A stretch of DNA of 64,000 nucleotides from Candidatus Tayloriibacteriota bacterium (lineage in GTDB: Bacteria > Patescibacteriota > Minisyncoccia > Phycocordibacterales > PALSA-1337), in the NCBI GenBank assembly GCA_016215455.1, contig JACRJP010000004.1:155787-219786 (forward strand), given 5' to 3'. The notes beneath the pieces are model-generated. The model did not search any database. It was not told the DNA's origin and saw nothing but the letters and a program-made list of their open reading frames with translations. This document shows, one piece after another, positions 30,085-40,582 of this stretch (positions are counted from its first letter, which is position 1; each line of letters starts with the position of its first letter). A program made the translations under genes and the position numbers.

Positions 30085-31515
30085 TTAGGGTCTAACCATG
30101 CGATAGAACTTGAGGTCACTTTCCGTATCGAACTTGTAACCACGAAGACCATCCTCAGCCATGGAAAGCGTTTCGATGAGACTCCATGACTTGAGGTCAG
30201 GCGAGCCTTCGAGACGATAGGCTGTATCCGGCTGTCCCGACATGAGAATGTTCACGTAAGTGAAACCTGCGGGAGCCAGACTGATACTGACCGTCGCGGG
30301 CCACACGTAAGGATCGAGGTTCATGCCGTTAAGCGTCGCACGCGTAATGGGTCCAACAAAACCTGTTGCTGGAATTCCGTTAGCAGCTTGAAATGCTTTG
30401 ACTCCTGCTTGGGTAAGTTCACCGAAGTAAGGGCTGCCATCCACCTCATACGTCTCGAGGGAAACACCCAAGAACCGTTGCAGGATGAGCACGTCATAAC
30501 CAACACTGCCGACAGTCAGATTCGTCGCAAAAAGGAATCGTGCAAGCGACCTGACTACGATACCTTGATTGGCATTGTTGATCGTCGGCAGAAGTTGATA
30601 TCCCAACGCGTCCGTAGCTGTTCCAAAAGAACCACATTCCGCACTCAGGGTTACCCCTGTCGGGAAATTCGTTCCGAGGATACCCGTCACGATGAACTGA
30701 TGAATCCCCTTCGGAATCTTGATATCGCCATTGAAGACGACTCCGCTTGAAACCTTGTTGTCAAAGGGTATTGCATCAAAGGATCCACCGATCTGCGTGC
30801 CATTTTCGTCGGTCAGGGTAATTGATTGAGTGATAGCCCTCTCACCCCCCGACAAATTGAACGCGACAGAAAAATACGGAATTGTGACATCCGTGCCCTC
30901 CACGGTTACCGTAAACTTGGCAAGCACAACAGGATTTGTGCTTCCTTGCACCGATGTAGGCGCAGTGGTATTTTGAATGTCGAGCTTTCCTACAACGACG
31001 TTGGTATCGATCGTGTAGAAATTTCCACGAATCGGGAACGGAGTTGCAAATGTGACCCGATCAGACAACTCAGTGAAATATCCATCAGCCGCAGCTCCGA
31101 CGACTTCGAGTCCAACATTTTGCCCTTGGAAGAGCGTGAGATCGGAAGCGAATTGGGCGGAGATGACTACGGTATTGGTCTCACCCTGCGTGAGAAATAT
31201 CGGGCCCACGAGTATGGGAGAGTGAGGAAGAAATCCAAAAGGACCTCGACTTATCTCCTTCAGGTCACTTCCGACATAAATGCCGGTCATAGGATTTCCA
31301 TTCCATAGTGAGTTTCCCATTGGTTGCACTGCAAGATACAGCGGCGGAGGGAACTTTTTGTCGCTCTCAGTCACGAGGACCGTGAGCATGGGCACAATAG
31401 CCCCCTGGGCAGCCGACATAAGTGGTGGTTGATTGGTCGTCTCCAGGATGGAGAACGTGGTGGCATAGACACGGAGGAAGCTCACAAGAGCCAGGACCAA
31501 CAATGAGATCTTCAT
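30085..31515 (-). CDS. Secreted protein with C-terminal peptidoglycan-binding (PG_binding_1-like) domain (GC-rich island)
   Basis: Start at MKISLLVLALVSFLRVYA (signal peptide). The segment VGYDVLILQRFLGVSLETYEVDGSPYFGELTQAGVKAFQAANGIPATGFVGPITRATL matches the PG_binding_1 consensus. Confidence 0.5.
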   Translation of the reverse strand: MKISLLVLALVSFLRVYATTFSILETTNQPPLMSAAQGAIVPMLTVLVTESDKKFPPPLYLAVQPMGNSLWNGNPMTGIYVGSDLKEISRGPFGFLPHSPILVGPIFLTQGETNTVVISAQFASDLTLFQGQNVGLEVVGAAADGYFTELSDRVTFATPFPIRGNFYTIDTNVVVGKLDIQNTTAPTSVQGSTNPVVLAKFTVTVEGTDVTIPYFSVAFNLSGGERAITQSITLTDENGTQIGGSFDAIPFDNKVSSGVVFNGDIKIPKGIHQFIVTGILGTNFPTGVTLSAECGSFGTATDALGYQLLPTINNANQGIVVRSLARFLFATNLTVGSVGYDVLILQRFLGVSLETYEVDGSPYFGELTQAGVKAFQAANGIPATGFVGPITRATLNGMNLDPYVWPATVSISLAPAGFTYVNILMSGQPDTAYRLEGSPDLKSWSLIETLSMAEDGLRGYKFDTESDLKFYRMVRP

Positions 31516-31591
31516 GGTTTTCAGTGAACAGACGTTATAGTGATATTCAAGGCTTCTACGCATAGGCGTAAAAATCAAGAATCTGCCAAAT

Positions 31592-31621
31592 ATTATACCA
31601 TATAATACTACATATAGTCAA
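31592..31621 (-). promoter_or_regulatory. Putative promoter TTGACT-18nt-TATAAT for the 30085-31515 gene
   Basis: Reverse complement of 31592-31621 reads TTGACTATATGTAGTATTATATGGTATAAT. Confidence 0.4.
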
Positions 31622-31663
31622 TCTTCTAGAAGTAACAAAAACCATCACTGATTGTCTGTAAAG

Positions 31664-31690
31664 AAGCAATATTTAAGCTACAAAATAAAA
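31664..31690. repeat. 27-nt direct repeat copy B (AAGCAATATTTAAGCTACAAAATAAAA)
   Basis: Matches 30011-30037 at 26 of 27 positions. Confidence 0.6.
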
Positions 31691-31701
31691 ATCGAGGACC
31701 A

Positions 31702-31974
31702 CTAAGGCACTCTTCCTAACACAACCACGAGAAAGGCATCAATGAAACCGAGACAGAGGCTCTTGGGCAAACTCACCTTTCCATAGCCAAAGCAATGTAA
31801 ACTCGACCATCGTGCCATGAAGGCAACAAAGCCGGCGATGATATGCGTGAGGACCAAAAGCGGCACCAAGAGCTCACGGTTTTGCTTGCCGCACAAAACA
31901 GCAAGACCCACCATCAAACCAACAACATACACGATGACCACACGGTCACCTCTATTTAAGGGAATTATTCTCAT
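31702..31974 (-). CDS. Hypothetical small membrane protein
   Basis: About 90 aa with three hydrophobic helices. The ORF is open to 32034; the start is uncertain. Confidence 0.2.
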   Translation of the reverse strand: MRIIPLNRGDRVVIVYVVGLMVGLAVLCGKQNRELLVPLLVLTHIIAGFVAFMARWSSLHCFGYGKVSLPKSLCLGFIDAFLVVVLGRVP

Positions 31975-32082
31975 GGGAGTAGCAAAGAATTCTAGAGATG
32001 TAATATCATATATATAAAATAAGTTCAACAACAAAAAACAGCCATCTCTGGCTGTCTTTTGTTAAACGTATATTTTCTAAAA

Positions 32083-35000
32083 CTATTCCTCAATCACCTC
32101 TTCCCCTCGTGGTTGTGCTGCTTCAATCATCTTCTGCTTTGGACTTCCCTTAAATCCACTACCAGCAGGGATAAGACGACCGATAATAACGTTTTCCATG
32201 AGACCTGAAAGATGATCATCTGAACCACGGAGCGCACTGTGGATGAGAACTCGGTTTGTGTGCTGGAATGATGCAGCTGCCAACCAACTCTTTCGAGAAA
32301 GTGAGAGCTCCGTAATACCCATCACTACACCTTCAGTTTTTGCCTTCTCACCACCCGCCTCAACCGCTGTTGCATTCTCATCTTCAAGAAGACCTGAGTC
32401 AACGATTTCACCCATTGCGAAGTCAGTAGCTCCTGACTCAACAACTCGCTGTCGTGAGAACATCTGTCGTACGATAATTTCGATATGCTTTCGTGACACT
32501 GTTTCTCCCTGAAGTTCATAAATCTTTGAAACTTCCTTAATAACATATTCACGAGCCTTTTCCTTACCACCATACTTGAACACCTCATCAATTTCAGCAG
32601 AACCGTCAGTAATGATATCTCCCTTCTTTACATGTTCACCAACCTTAACGAGTGGCATACGCTTGTAATGGAATGAGTATTCAACTTCTGAAGCTCCCTT
32701 CTTTGCTTTAGCTCGATCTTCGAGATCAGCGATAACCTTAATGATTTTTTCTTTTCCGAGATCCTTCACTTCAGAAACTGTACCATCAACAGTAGCAACT
32801 ACTGCAGGATTCTTTGGCTTTCGCTTTTCGAAGATTTCTTCAACTCGAGGGAGACCTGAAGTAATGTCTCCGCCAACAGACGCTGTACCTCCGGCGTGGA
32901 ATGTACGCATTGTGAGCTGTGTTCCTGGTTCACCGATCGCCTGAGCAGCAACTGTACCTACAGCTTCACCGAGATCAACCGGCTTGTTCTTACCAAGATC
33001 AAGTCCGTAACACTTTGCACATACACCTCGAACACTTCGACAAACAAGAGGTGAGCGAACTGCAACTTCACTCACACCTGATTCTTCAATCTTCTGTGAA
33101 TCCGCCTTTGAAAGAAGGTGTCCCTTCTTAAAGAGAACATTTCCTTTCGCGTCAGCAATATCAGTTGCAAGATTTCGTCCTCGAATGTTCTTTGAGAGAG
33201 CGATTTCAATACCTGATGCTGTTTCCTTTCGGATACTAATAGATTCTTTTGTACCACAATCATCTTCCGCAACCATCACGTCCTGTGCCACAACGAAGAG
33301 CTTTCGAGTAAGGTAACCGGCCTTAGCAGTGTTAAGTGCTGTGTCAGTAAGACCCTTTCGAGAACCGTGAGTTGTAATAAAGTATTCAAGAGGTGTAAGA
33401 CCTTCCTTTGAACATGAGAGAATTGGGAATTCAATTGTATCTCCAGAACCTGAAGCAATAAGACCCTTCATACCCGCCATCTGTGTAATCTGAGCAAGAG
33501 AACCTCGAGCTCCAGATGTCACCATGTCGTAGACTGATCCCATTTTATTAAGAGAAGCTGGAATGAGTTTTTCAACATCACCCTTAGCCTTGTGCCAAAT
33601 TTCAACATTCTTTCGAAGTCGTTCTTCTTCTGTAAGGAGACCTTCGTTGTACTGATGCATAACGAGATCTGATTGAACCTTTGCCTTACCAATGATATCG
33701 AACTTTCCTTGTGGAATTTGTACATCATCAATACCCCAAGTTGTACCTGAGTATGTTGCGTACTTGAAACCGAATGCCTTTACCTTGTCGAGAATCGCTG
33801 GAATAGCATTTACTCCGTAACGACCGATCATGTCATCAATTGATGCTGAAAGTTTCTTTCGATCAATATCTTTATTGATGAATGGGTAATCAACTGGAAG
33901 GATCTGGTTGAAGAGGATTCGTCCAACTGTTGTTTCAAAAAGTTTACCTTCAAATTCTGCAAATTTTTCTCCTGCTTCTGGTCGAACCTTAATCTTTGCT
34001 CGGAGAGAAATATCACCGAAACTATGTGCGAGAATTGCACTTTCAGGACTTTCAAACACCTTACCTTCCCCCTTATCACCATCAACTGATTTTGTGATCC
34101 AGTAACAACCGAGAACAATATCAAGAAGTTTTGAAGCGATTGTAGGATCTCCGTTACCTGGCTTCAAGATGTTCTTATCAGCAGCCATGATTTCCTTTGC
34201 TTCCATCTGAGCTTCTGTTCCGAGTGGTACGTGAACGGCCATCTGGTCACCGTCGAAGTCAGCGTTGAACGCTGTACATACAAGTGGGTGAACTTGAATA
34301 GCGTTACCTTCAATGAGTACTGGTCGGAATGCCTGAATACCGAGTCGGTGAAGTGTTGGAGCACGGTTCAAGAGAACGTACTTACCAGCAATCACTTCTT
34401 CGAGAATTGCCCACACCTCTGGAATACCATCGTCAATGAGACGACCTGCTCCACGAATGTTGAACGCTAATTCTTTCTTCAAGAGTCCTGAAATAACGAA
34501 TGGTCGGAAAAGTTCCAATGCCATATGCTTTGGAAGACCACACTGGTCGAGAGCAAGTTCTGGACCCACAACGATCACTGATCGTCCTGAGTAGTCAACT
34601 CGCTTACCAAGCAAGTTTGCTCGGAAGAGACCTCGCTTACCCTTCAAGTTATCTGAGAGAGATTTGAGTGCTCGCTTCTGTGCCTGTGTACCTGCTGATA
34701 CTGCACTGTTTCCGTGTCGGATAGAGTTGTCGATAAGGGCATCAACAGCTTCCTGGAGAATACGCTTCTCGTTTCGGAGAATAACGTCAGGGGCCATGAT
34801 CTCCTTCAACTTCAAGAGACGATTGTTTCGGTTAATAACACGTCGATAGAGATCGTTAACATCTGATGTTGCATAACGTCCTCCATCAAGAGCAACCATA
34901 GGTCGAAGTGCTGGTGGAATAACTGGAATTCGAGTAAGGAACATCCATTCTGGACGAGCTCCTGACTTAATCATTGCCTTCAATACTGCAAGTCGCTTAT

Positions 35001-35757
35001 TAATCTTTTCTCGATCAAGTGAACTTGCTTTTTCAAGCTCTTTTTCAAGTCGTTCAACAAGAACCTTAAGATCAGTCTTCTTCAAAACATCGAAGATTGC
35101 TTCTGCACCAATTCCTGCTTCAAAGAGTACACCGTACTTCATTGAATACTTATGGAATTGAACTTCATCAAGAACAAGACCTTCATTAAGAGATTCGATC
35201 TCTCGACGAGCATTGAGAACGAGTTCCTTCAATGTTTCCTTTGTCTTATCATCCTGTGCTGTTTTTACCTTTGACTTATATTCTGAATCGAGATCCTTAA
35301 GGAAACGTTCTTTTTCTTCGTGATTAACCTTCGTAACGATGTATCCAGCAAAGTACACAACCTTTTCAAGTTCTGCTGCTGACATACCCATTACAAGACC
35401 AATACGAGATGGCATGTTGCGAAGGAACCAGATATGAGAAACTGGTGTCGCAAGCTCAATATGTCCCATTCGCTCACGTCGAACAATTGATCGAGTTATT
35501 TCAACTCCACACTTTTCACAAACAATTCCCTTATAGCGAATACCGCGGTACTTTCCACAGTAACACTCATAATCTCGATCTGGACCGAAGATCTTTTCAT
35601 CAAACAAACCACTCTTCTCACTTCGCTGTGTACGATAGTTAATCGTCTCAGGCTTTGTAATTTCTCCGAATGACCACTCAAGAATGCGCTCAGGTGAAGC
35701 TAGCGACAATCCTACGAGTTCAAAGTCATTTGGTTCTGAATGTTTTTGGTTTATCAT
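32083..35757 (-). CDS. rpoC: DNA-directed RNA polymerase subunit beta'
   Basis: 1224 aa. Zinc-binding CYCGKYRGIRYKGIVCEKCG and the catalytic NADFDGD motif. Confidence 0.97.
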   Translation of the reverse strand: MINQKHSEPNDFELVGLSLASPERILEWSFGEITKPETINYRTQRSEKSGLFDEKIFGPDRDYECYCGKYRGIRYKGIVCEKCGVEITRSIVRRERMGHIELATPVSHIWFLRNMPSRIGLVMGMSAAELEKVVYFAGYIVTKVNHEEKERFLKDLDSEYKSKVKTAQDDKTKETLKELVLNARREIESLNEGLVLDEVQFHKYSMKYGVLFEAGIGAEAIFDVLKKTDLKVLVERLEKELEKASSLDREKINKRLAVLKAMIKSGARPEWMFLTRIPVIPPALRPMVALDGGRYATSDVNDLYRRVINRNNRLLKLKEIMAPDVILRNEKRILQEAVDALIDNSIRHGNSAVSAGTQAQKRALKSLSDNLKGKRGLFRANLLGKRVDYSGRSVIVVGPELALDQCGLPKHMALELFRPFVISGLLKKELAFNIRGAGRLIDDGIPEVWAILEEVIAGKYVLLNRAPTLHRLGIQAFRPVLIEGNAIQVHPLVCTAFNADFDGDQMAVHVPLGTEAQMEAKEIMAADKNILKPGNGDPTIASKLLDIVLGCYWITKSVDGDKGEGKVFESPESAILAHSFGDISLRAKIKVRPEAGEKFAEFEGKLFETTVGRILFNQILPVDYPFINKDIDRKKLSASIDDMIGRYGVNAIPAILDKVKAFGFKYATYSGTTWGIDDVQIPQGKFDIIGKAKVQSDLVMHQYNEGLLTEEERLRKNVEIWHKAKGDVEKLIPASLNKMGSVYDMVTSGARGSLAQITQMAGMKGLIASGSGDTIEFPILSCSKEGLTPLEYFITTHGSRKGLTDTALNTAKAGYLTRKLFVVAQDVMVAEDDCGTKESISIRKETASGIEIALSKNIRGRNLATDIADAKGNVLFKKGHLLSKADSQKIEESGVSEVAVRSPLVCRSVRGVCAKCYGLDLGKNKPVDLGEAVGTVAAQAIGEPGTQLTMRTFHAGGTASVGGDITSGLPRVEEIFEKRKPKNPAVVATVDGTVSEVKDLGKEKIIKVIADLEDRAKAKKGASEVEYSFHYKRMPLVKVGEHVKKGDIITDGSAEIDEVFKYGGKEKAREYVIKEVSKIYELQGETVSRKHIEIIVRQMFSRQRVVESGATDFAMGEIVDSGLLEDENATAVEAGGEKAKTEGVVMGITELSLSRKSWLAAASFQHTNRVLIHSALRGSDDHLSGLMENVIIGRLIPAGSGFKGSPKQKMIEAAQPRGEEVIEE

Positions 35758-35771
35758 GGTAGTCGTTATAA

Positions 35772-38700
35772 TTATTCTTCTCCTGTAAACGCTTCATCTC
35801 CCTTTTTCTTAAGCTCGACATCGAGAGCAAGTCCTCTCAAACTCTTAAGAAGCACATTGAATGACGCAGGGATGTTTGGCTGACGCAAACGTTCACCCTT
35901 AACAATAGAGTCGAATGCTTGTGATCGTCCGACAATGTCGTCTGACTTGATCGTGAGCATTTCTCGAAGAGTATATGCTGCACCGTGACCCAAAAGTGCC
36001 CACACTTCCATTTCTCCAAATCGCTGACCTCCTCCTTGTGCCTTACCTCCGAGTGGCTGCTGAGTAATGAGAGAGTAGGGACCAATAGAACGCATGTGAA
36101 TCTTATCTTCCACCATGTGGTGAAGTTTCAAGATGTACATATATCCAACTGCAACTGGCTGCTGGAATTCATCTCCAGTTCGGCCATCGCGAAGCTTCAT
36201 CTTTCCTGAAGCATCAAATCCTGCTTTAACCAATTCTTCTTTGATTTCGGTATCTGTCGCACCTGCAAATGGAGGTACGATAGCCTGATAATCAAGTGTG
36301 TTTGCTGCGAGACCCAAGTGGAGCTCGAGAATCTGACCGAGGTTCATACGTGATGGCACACCAAGTGGTGTAAGGATCATGTCGACTGGTCGACCATCTG
36401 CCATGTATGGCATATCTTCTTCAGGAAGAATTCGTGAGATAACACCCTTGTTACCGTGTCGTCCAGCAAGTTTGTCACCCACTGAAACGTTTCGAACTTC
36501 AGCAACTTCAATGTAAATCTTCTTAATGATTCCTGATTCAAGCTTGTCACCCTTCTCTCGTGAGAATACCTTTACTGAAATAACACGACCTCGCTTTCCA
36601 CCTTCCATTCGCTTTGAAGTATCTTTTACGTCACGAGCCTTTTCACCGAAGATTGATCGGAGAAGTCGTTCTTCTGGAGTGAGTTGAGTTTCGCCCTTTG
36701 GAGAAATCTTTCCAACAAGAATATCGCCTGGTCGAACTTCTGCACCAACTCGAACAACACCGTCTTCTGCGAGGTTCTTGAGCTTTGCTTCACCAACGTT
36801 TGGAATGTCACATGTTGTAACTTCAGGACCGAGCTTTGTATCTCGAACGTTAACAACGAATTCTTCAATATGGATTGAGGTAAACTTACTTGCCTTTACA
36901 AGTCGTTCTGAAATGATGATGGCATCTTCGTAGTTTGATCCAGACCATGACATGAAAGCAATGAGTGCGTTTTGTCCAAGTGCTACTTCTCCACCATCTG
37001 ATGTTGAAGTATCAACAAGTACATCACCCTTCTTTACTTTCTGACCAAGAGAAACGATAGGTCGCTGATGGAAAGCAGTGAAACCGTTTGTTCGCTGGAA
37101 GTGGATAAGAGAATACTTATGTTCTTGCTTCTTTCCCTTAAGTACCACTTCTCGAGCATCAACAGCAATGATCTCTCCATCTTCTGGAGCAACGAAGATA
37201 CGTCCTGTATCAACAACAGTTTTCTTTTCAATACCTGTCGCAACAAGTGGAGCTTCTGGAATGACACATGGTGTCGCCTGCTTCTGCATGTTTGATCCCA
37301 TGAGTGCTCGGTTTGCATCGTCGTGGTTCAAGAATGGAATAAGAGATGTAGCAACTGAGAATGCTTGGTTTGTTGCAACGTCGATGAAGTCAACTTCTTC
37401 ACGTGGACAAAGACCCGGCTTACCATTCAAACGAACTTCTACTTCGTCGATAGTAATCTTTCCCTTATCGTCACATGGAGTTGCTGCGTGAGCAATCTTA
37501 AAGTTTTCTTCTTCAAGTGCATTGAGATATACAATTTCTTCTGTAACCTTGCCTCCCTTTACCTTTGCGTACGGAGTTTCGATCATACCGAAATCGTTGA
37601 TGCGAGCATATGTCGCAAGACGAAGTACGAGACCGATGTTCGGACCTTCTGGTGTGTGGATTGGACAAAGTCGGCCGTAGTGTGAAGGATGAACGTCACG
37701 AACTTCGAAACCAGCTCGTTCTCGTGTAAGACCTCCGGGACCGAGAGCTGTAAGTGTTCGCAAGTGTTCGAGCTCAGCAAGAACGTTTTCCTGGAGCATG
37801 AACTGTGAGTTCTGGTTTGTTGTGAAGAATTCCTTAATACGAGCCTGGAGAGGTCGTGGGAATACGAATTGAACTGGCATAGTTACATCAGGGTCGACTG
37901 TCGACATTTTGTCCTGAATGTTTCGCTTCATCTGAGTCATACCAACACGAACTTTTTGCTGAAGAAGTTCTCCGGCATATCGCACACGTCGAGAACCGAG
38001 GTGATCGATATCATCTTCGATTGCGTCTGGTGTGTTGTTGAGTTCTACAATGTGAGCAATGATAACCGCCAAGTCATCGAGATTAATCGTCTTTCGTTCA
38101 AGTGCCTTTTCATCCATAGGCTTCTTGAAACGCTTATTGAAACCAAATCGTCCTACTCGAGAGAGGTCGTAACGATCTGAGTTGAAAATACCACCGATAA
38201 ATTCCTTAGCATGTTCTGGAGTAGCAATATCACCATCTCGAAGTCGCTTGTAGATTTCTACATATGAGTCATCTGTAGTCTTAGCATGATCCTTAGCAAG
38301 AGTGATCTCCATTGCCTGACGTGCCGCTTCATTTCCTTTGAAGAGATCCATGATCACCTCAGTAGATTCAGCACCAAGAATACGAAGGAGTGATGAGATC
38401 GCGAACTTTCGCTTCTTATCGATTCGTACATATATAGCACCATCAGCGTCAGACTCAATTTCAGTCCAAACACCTCGTGCTGGGATAATCTTCGCACCAA
38501 AGTAATTCTTACCCTTAGTTTCTGAAGCGGTGAAGAAAATACCGAACGAACGAGCAAGCTGAGGAACGATAACACGTTCAATACCATTGATAATGAATGT
38601 ACCGTGCGGAGTCATCAAAGGGAAGTCAGCAAGGAAAATTTCTTGCTCCTTTGTTGAATCAAGCATCTTATTCTTCAACTTTACCTTTGCCTTAAGCTGA

Positions 38701-38948
38701 CCTTCATATGACAACTTATTAACCTTCGCATAGTTCTCATCGTACTTCGGCTTTGAAAGCTCGAAGCTTGTAAATGAGAGTTCGAACTTTTTCTCAGCGT
38801 AATCTCGTATTGGAGAAAACTCTTTGAAACTTTCCTCAAGACCTTTTTCGATAAGCCAATTAAACGAGGTGATTTGTGAATCAACCAAGTTTGGCATCGT
38901 CGTCAAAGGCTGTTTGAACCGGCCGAAATATTTTTTCGTGATTTTCAT
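35772..38948 (-). CDS. rpoB: DNA-directed RNA polymerase subunit beta (compact, 1058 aa)
   Basis: Conserved Rpb2 domains, e.g. GRHGNKGVISRILPEEDMP. Immediately upstream of rpoC. Confidence 0.97.
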   Translation of the reverse strand: MKITKKYFGRFKQPLTTMPNLVDSQITSFNWLIEKGLEESFKEFSPIRDYAEKKFELSFTSFELSKPKYDENYAKVNKLSYEGQLKAKVKLKNKMLDSTKEQEIFLADFPLMTPHGTFIINGIERVIVPQLARSFGIFFTASETKGKNYFGAKIIPARGVWTEIESDADGAIYVRIDKKRKFAISSLLRILGAESTEVIMDLFKGNEAARQAMEITLAKDHAKTTDDSYVEIYKRLRDGDIATPEHAKEFIGGIFNSDRYDLSRVGRFGFNKRFKKPMDEKALERKTINLDDLAVIIAHIVELNNTPDAIEDDIDHLGSRRVRYAGELLQQKVRVGMTQMKRNIQDKMSTVDPDVTMPVQFVFPRPLQARIKEFFTTNQNSQFMLQENVLAELEHLRTLTALGPGGLTRERAGFEVRDVHPSHYGRLCPIHTPEGPNIGLVLRLATYARINDFGMIETPYAKVKGGKVTEEIVYLNALEEENFKIAHAATPCDDKGKITIDEVEVRLNGKPGLCPREEVDFIDVATNQAFSVATSLIPFLNHDDANRALMGSNMQKQATPCVIPEAPLVATGIEKKTVVDTGRIFVAPEDGEIIAVDAREVVLKGKKQEHKYSLIHFQRTNGFTAFHQRPIVSLGQKVKKGDVLVDTSTSDGGEVALGQNALIAFMSWSGSNYEDAIIISERLVKASKFTSIHIEEFVVNVRDTKLGPEVTTCDIPNVGEAKLKNLAEDGVVRVGAEVRPGDILVGKISPKGETQLTPEERLLRSIFGEKARDVKDTSKRMEGGKRGRVISVKVFSREKGDKLESGIIKKIYIEVAEVRNVSVGDKLAGRHGNKGVISRILPEEDMPYMADGRPVDMILTPLGVPSRMNLGQILELHLGLAANTLDYQAIVPPFAGATDTEIKEELVKAGFDASGKMKLRDGRTGDEFQQPVAVGYMYILKLHHMVEDKIHMRSIGPYSLITQQPLGGKAQGGGQRFGEMEVWALLGHGAAYTLREMLTIKSDDIVGRSQAFDSIVKGERLRQPNIPASFNVLLKSLRGLALDVELKKKGDEAFTGEE

Positions 38949-39832
38949 TATTCGGTTATATTATTTCTCACACATTTGAGACCCAAAAGTTATCCACAGT
39001 CCCCTTAACGCAAAAATACCTTTCCGGGATGAAAACGTCGGAAAAGGTTGTGGGTTTAAAGGATTGTAGAGCGTGGGTTGCTCAAAAAGGACCAATTTAA
39101 GCCTTGTAATCCTTCATGCGGCGGGCGTGACTCAATCAGCTGAAGTTGAGATGAACTCTATAGGAAGACATGATGTTTGTCAACAAAGCTTTCTCTCCTA
39201 TTCCCCTACAATCTAACTAAATAAAAATAAAGCATGTCATCACCAGTGGTAGCTAGGAACACAGTCTAGCTTTCTGAACAATCCCCAAACGAGTTTTCGT
39301 GCCGGGTTTGAGACGTGCGCTTGCAAAGATCTTGACCGGCGCATCAGAGGAATGATGTCCATTACCAAGACCTTTACGGACCGCCTTATCGTGAGCTTGG
39401 CGAGATTTACTACCCGCCCGACGAGTGCCATTGTGGTGTCGCTTCATACAACATAAGGGAGAACTGAACTACTTCCGCTAGAATACGATGATAAGCAAAA
39501 TAAAAAAATGTGTCAAATAAAAATTGGCACTTCTCAGAAGGAGTTGTACCGAACGAGACAGGTAGTCGTTTACCGCCTCAGCGTCTTGTGACCCGGCGCC
39601 TGCGCAACGCGACCTCCCGCGAGCTTGGTGCCGGGCTTGATTCTGGTAGTGTGGACGACGGGTGAACCTTTACGACCGTGTGACGACATGGTGAGGAACG
39701 GGTTTGGTTATGCTGTTGTTACACTAAGGAGCAATCACGGATATATCAATAGATTTCCTACGCGACTGATCCGGGAAAGTATGGTACGCTTCTTTTTGAA
39801 ATACGTCAAGGATACCTGGGGAAAGGTGTTAT

Positions 39833-40516
39833 TTACACTAACTTCTCACGGTTTTCTTTACGCCACTCTTCAATGAGTTTGTGATTTCCTGAGAGAAGAA
39901 CTTCCGGTACACGATATTTTTTCTTTTTATATTCAAATACTTCTGGACGTGTATAGACATCATCACTTGCGGCACGAGTTTCTTCTCGAGAATCAAAGTT
40001 TCCAAGAACTCCCTTGATCTGACGAGCCATAACATCAATCACAATCATTGCTGGTAACTCCCCTCCTGTAAGCACAAAAGGACCAACTGAAATATCTTCC
40101 ATTTTAAATACCTTCTTGATACGAGCATCGATTCCCTCATAGCGACCACATACAAAAATAATATCAGTGTACTTTGTTACTGTGACCTGAGCGTATTCAT
40201 TAGTAAGTTGTGCACCTCCTGGAGAAAAGAAGATTATCTTCACTTTCTTTTTATTACCCTTAGCTTTTTCAATTGCTTTAATGACAGGTAATGCTTCAAT
40301 TACCATACCAGGTCCCCCTCCATATGGCTTATCATCCACTCGTCGATCAGCATATGAAAGCTTTTTCTTTCCTTTTGTAAGTTTCGGAAGAAAGTCTCGA
40401 GGATTATAGAATTTAAAACGAATCTTCTTATCTTCCTGAGCACGCTTTAAGATAGACTCATTGAGATATGAGTCGAGGGACTGAGGAAATAGTGTAACGA
40501 TATGAAATGTGATCAT
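39833..40516 (-). CDS. trmD: tRNA (guanine37-N1)-methyltransferase TrmD
   Basis: SPOUT knot motifs: N-terminal MITFHIVTLFPQ and C-terminal GGELPAMIVIDVMARQIKGVLG. Confidence 0.92.
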   Translation of the reverse strand: MITFHIVTLFPQSLDSYLNESILKRAQEDKKIRFKFYNPRDFLPKLTKGKKKLSYADRRVDDKPYGGGPGMVIEALPVIKAIEKAKGNKKKVKIIFFSPGGAQLTNEYAQVTVTKYTDIIFVCGRYEGIDARIKKVFKMEDISVGPFVLTGGELPAMIVIDVMARQIKGVLGNFDSREETRAASDDVYTRPEVFEYKKKKYRVPEVLLSGNHKLIEEWRKENREKLV

Positions 40517-40582
40517 ACAAAAAATCGTAATAGTATAATATCACGATTTTTTGTATTTGTAAATATTTCTTCCTAACTAAAT

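Noticed and set aside
32243-38884. Numerous 60-140 aa ORFs on both strands inside rpoB and rpoC (e.g. 37078-37491, 36626-36868, 33828-34124)
   Set aside because: They are entirely embedded in, or antisense to, highly conserved RNA polymerase genes. They show no motifs and are the expected shadow ORFs of long coding regions.
39253-39447. A 64-aa basic ORF on the minus strand that superficially resembles ribosomal protein L32 (TRRAGSKSRQAHDKA)
   Set aside because: A much better L32 with the RRSHHAL signature and a zinc ribbon is present at 50003-50233. This ORF lies in a GC-rich region where long random open frames are expected, and a second frame (39240-39431) is equally open.
39628-39990. 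Calling a full tmRNA (ssrA) gene starting at the GAUUCUGG...GACGGG motif
   Set aside because: A one-piece tmRNA (about 350 nt) would run about 150 nt into the trmD coding region. No T-arm GGUUCGANUCC, CCA end or ALAA-type tag ORF could be found. It is kept only as a motif-level observation.
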